Shown: one piece after another, positions 61,332 through 64,000 of the stretch
How positions within the stretch are numbered: position 1 is the first letter of the stretch
Layout: every line of letters begins with the position of its first letter
Assembly (NCBI GenBank): GCA_963667175.2
Contig: CAXXXF010000002.1
Span: 32,001-96,000, forward strand
DNA from: Candidatus Latescibacterota bacterium
GTDB lineage: Bacteria > Latescibacterota > UBA2968 > GCA-2709665
DNA: 64,000 nucleotides
Reading direction: 5' to 3'
Notes under the pieces: model-generated
The model's database searches: none
What the model was told of the DNA's origin: nothing
Seen by the model: the letters and a program-made list of their open reading frames with translations, nothing else
Position numbers and translations under genes: made by a program

Positions 61332-62285
61332 ATGATGCCAGGAGTGGGGCTGGTTGCGCACCCTGATTTTTCACGGCATGAACCCGGCCATGGACACCCG
61401 GAGCGTCCCGAACGGCTCCACGCCATCCACAGCCGGCTGGACGAGACCGGTCTCAGGGAACGGCTCATCGACGTTGCGCCGAAAATCGTTGGCGTCGACT
61501 GGCTGGAAAAAGTCCACACTCCACGTCACGTCGCCGAGGTTCGGCGCCGCTGCGAACGGAACATGCCTCTCATGGACGCGGGGGACACGTTCATTTGTCC
61601 TGAATCCTTCAACGTCGGACGTCTTGCGGCGGGGGCGGCCTGCGAGGCGGTCGATGCGGTCATGGACGACCGCGCAGACGCCGTATTCTGCGCCACGAGG
61701 CCGCCGGGCCACCACGCGGAACGCGACAGAGCCATGGGCTTCTGCCTGTTCAACAACGTGGCGGTCGCCGCGCGGTACGTTCAGTCCGCCCACCGTCTGA
61801 AACGTGTCCTCATCGTCGACTGGGACGTGCATCACGGAAACGGTACCCAGCATATCTTCGAAGAAGACCCCGACGTGTTTTATTTCAGTACCCATCAGTA
61901 TCCCCATTATCCCTGGTTCAGCGGTAGCAGCGGCGAAACGGGCGTGGGCGCCGGTAAGGGAACGAACCGGAACGCGCCGATGCCCGCCGGAGCAGGCGAC
62001 GATCAGTTCCTTCGTGCGTTCGACGAACTCCTTTCCCCCGCAATGGCCCGTTTCCGCCCCGACTTCGTCATCGTCTCCGCCGGGTTCGACGGGCACGTCA
62101 GCGACCCTCTTTCCGGCACGCGTGTCACGGAAGACGGATTTGCCGAAATGACGCGCCGGGTACGTGAGATTGCAGGGGCCTACGCCAACGATCGTCTCAT
62201 TTCGGTCCTGGAAGGCGGCTACGACCTCAACGGCCTTTCCCGTTGCGTCGAAACCCACCTGAACGCGCTGTTGGAGACCAATTAG
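61332..62285 (+). CDS. Histone deacetylase family protein
   Basis: HPERPERL, RPPGHHA, GFCLFNN, DWDVHHGNGTQ, SAGFD, LEGGY. Confidence 0.95.
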   Translation: MMPGVGLVAHPDFSRHEPGHGHPERPERLHAIHSRLDETGLRERLIDVAPKIVGVDWLEKVHTPRHVAEVRRRCERNMPLMDAGDTFICPESFNVGRLAAGAACEAVDAVMDDRADAVFCATRPPGHHAERDRAMGFCLFNNVAVAARYVQSAHRLKRVLIVDWDVHHGNGTQHIFEEDPDVFYFSTHQYPHYPWFSGSSGETGVGAGKGTNRNAPMPAGAGDDQFLRAFDELLSPAMARFRPDFVIVSAGFDGHVSDPLSGTRVTEDGFAEMTRRVREIAGAYANDRLISVLEGGYDLNGLSRCVETHLNALLETN

Positions 62286-62390
62286 CGCACGTCCGCGGAA
62301 CCCTTAGGTCGACACGTTCGTCTGCTGACTCGACTTCCGGAAGTTCGGCTGTTGTCGTTCTCCCGGGTCGAAAACGTCAATGGAGGCTCA

Positions 62391-63260
62391 GTGAGTGCTA
62401 ACGATCCCGTCGTCGCATTTCAGGGTGAAATGGGCGCGTTCAGTGAAATGGCCGCCCGCAGTTATTTCTCCGAAAACGTGCACGTGGTCTCGCAGCCCGA
62501 TTTCCAGGGTCTGTTCAGCGCGGTCTCCGGCGGCGAATGCACGCACGGCATGGTACCCATTGAGAATTCTCTCATGGGAAGCATTCACGAAAACTACGAT
62601 CTGCTCCTCCAGCAGGATCTCCACATCGTCGGTGAAATCAAACTGCGCGTCGTGCACAACCTCATTGTCAATCCCGGCGTCCGGATGGAAGACGTCAGAC
62701 AGATCTACTCACAAGCGCCCGCCCTGGCGCAATGTACCGAGTTCATTCGATCCACCGAAGGCGTCGAAGCGGTGGTTGCGCACGACACGGCAGGCGCCGT
62801 CAAACAGATCAAGAAAGAAAGAGCAAGAGACGCCGCAGCCATCGCCAGCGCACAGGCAGCGATCGACTACGACCTGGAAATCCTCCGGGAAGGTCTTGAA
62901 AACGACCACCGGAATTATACCCGGTTTCTGGTCATGGCCTCCAAAGCGGCTGAACCTGTCGATCCCGCAAAAACCACGATCGTCTATGCCCTGGATCACA
63001 TTCCCGGCGCCCTGTTCAAGAGTCTGGGTGTATTTGCAATGCGGGATATCAATCTGCTGAAAATCGAATCGCGCCCCTTAAGCGGCCGGCCCTGGGAGTA
63101 CGTCTTCTATCTGGATTTTGAAGGCCACCTGGCCAGCGATCGATGTCGACAGGCGGTTGAACACCTCGAACAGATGGCCAGTTTCCTCAAAATCCTCGGC
63201 TCCTACACGCAGGGCAAGACTGTCGAAGGCAGTCTGCGCGAAAAGAGGGTGGTCCCATGA
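62391..63260 (+). CDS. pheA: Prephenate dehydratase (PDT + ACT)
   Basis: FQGEMGAFS, VPIENS, NYTRF, KIESRP, YVFYLD, LGSY. Confidence 0.93.
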   Translation: MSANDPVVAFQGEMGAFSEMAARSYFSENVHVVSQPDFQGLFSAVSGGECTHGMVPIENSLMGSIHENYDLLLQQDLHIVGEIKLRVVHNLIVNPGVRMEDVRQIYSQAPALAQCTEFIRSTEGVEAVVAHDTAGAVKQIKKERARDAAAIASAQAAIDYDLEILREGLENDHRNYTRFLVMASKAAEPVDPAKTTIVYALDHIPGALFKSLGVFAMRDINLLKIESRPLSGRPWEYVFYLDFEGHLASDRCRQAVEHLEQMASFLKILGSYTQGKTVEGSLREKRVVP

Positions 63261-64000
63261 ACCTGGCGGGAAGAATGGCGCAGCTTGGAACGGAATCCGC
63301 ATTCGAAGTCCTCGTCAAAGCGCGAAACCTCGAAGACCAGGGCCGGGACGTGGTCCACCTCGAAATCGGCGAGCCCGATTTCGATACGCCGGCACATATC
63401 GTCAACGCCGCCCGAAACGCGCTTCAATCGGGTTATACCCACTACGGCCCCCCGGTGGGTCTTCCGGAGCTCCGCGACGCCATCGCAACCGACGTCTCGC
63501 GGTTCCGGGGCATCCCGGTCGATCCGGATCAGGTTGTGGTCACTCCGGGCGCCAAACCGATTATGTTCTATGCCATTCTGGCCCTTGCGCAGGCGGGAGA
63601 CGAGGTGATCTATCCCGATCCCGGATTTCCCATCTACGAGTCGGTCATCAGGTTTGCGGGCGCCGTGCCGGTCCCGATTGCGCTCACCGAGGAACGCGGC
63701 TTCCGTCTCGACGTAAACGAACTTTCGGACCTGATCACGGACCGCACCCGGCTTCTCATCATCAATTCCCCACAAAACCCCACAGGTGGAATCATCCCGC
63801 CGGCAGACCTGAAGGCGATCGCCGAAATCGTCGTCGACAAGGGGATTCCGGTACTCGCCGACGAGATCTATTCCAGGATCCTGTACGAAGGCGCCTTCCA
63901 TAGCATCTCCGTTTACGAGGGGATGGCGGACCAGACCATTATTCTGGACGGCTTCTCCAAAACGTACGCGATGACGGGATGGCGCATCGGGTACGGGGTG
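63257..64000 (+). CDS. PLP-dependent class I aminotransferase (aspartate aminotransferase-like), 3' truncated by window edge
   Basis: ATGA overlap with pheA; MNLAGRMAQLGTESAF..GEPDF, TPGAK, NSPQNPTG, ADEIY, FSKTYAMTGWRIGY. Absent from the ORF track because no stop lies in the window. Confidence 0.93.
   Translation, partial: MNLAGRMAQLGTESAFEVLVKARNLEDQGRDVVHLEIGEPDFDTPAHIVNAARNALQSGYTHYGPPVGLPELRDAIATDVSRFRGIPVDPDQVVVTPGAKPIMFYAILALAQAGDEVIYPDPGFPIYESVIRFAGAVPVPIALTEERGFRLDVNELSDLITDRTRLLIINSPQNPTGGIIPPADLKAIAEIVVDKGIPVLADEIYSRILYEGAFHSISVYEGMADQTIILDGFSKTYAMTGWRIGYGV

Overview
GC-rich bacterial chromosome segment, probably FCB-superphylum/Latescibacterota-like (inferred from the PorV-like barrel, PASTA-rpe linkage, DUF6785-type membrane proteins and PhyH; not confirmed). 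The left part (1-27.9 kb) is accessory: a + strand uptake/modification operon with two DUF6785-like membrane paralogues and four frameshifts; an AT-richer, translationally coupled three-gene module led by a Tse2-like ADP-ribosyltransferase-fold protein (10656-12092, best candidate for an undescribed toxin/defence system); an MpaB oxygenase-MMPL-LolA-like-barrel-Tat dioxygenase cluster; an AAA/DUF4143 ATPase; an acyltransferase plus DegT aminotransferase; a metal permease/ZIP pair with a Fur/Zur-like box; a GNAT and an epimerase, ending at tRNA-Val. The right part is core: rpe-ffh-rpsP-rimM-trmD-rplS, uppS-cdsA-dxr-rseP, a dcw cluster lacking mraY-murD, then moaB, HDAC, pheA and an aminotransferase. 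A small MITE family (2 full copies, 1 remnant) and a 17-31 nt palindromic module with apparent GC target duplication occur in intergenic regions. No CRISPR, rRNA, integrase or transposase was seen. Product calls come from motif recognition by eye; no database search was run.
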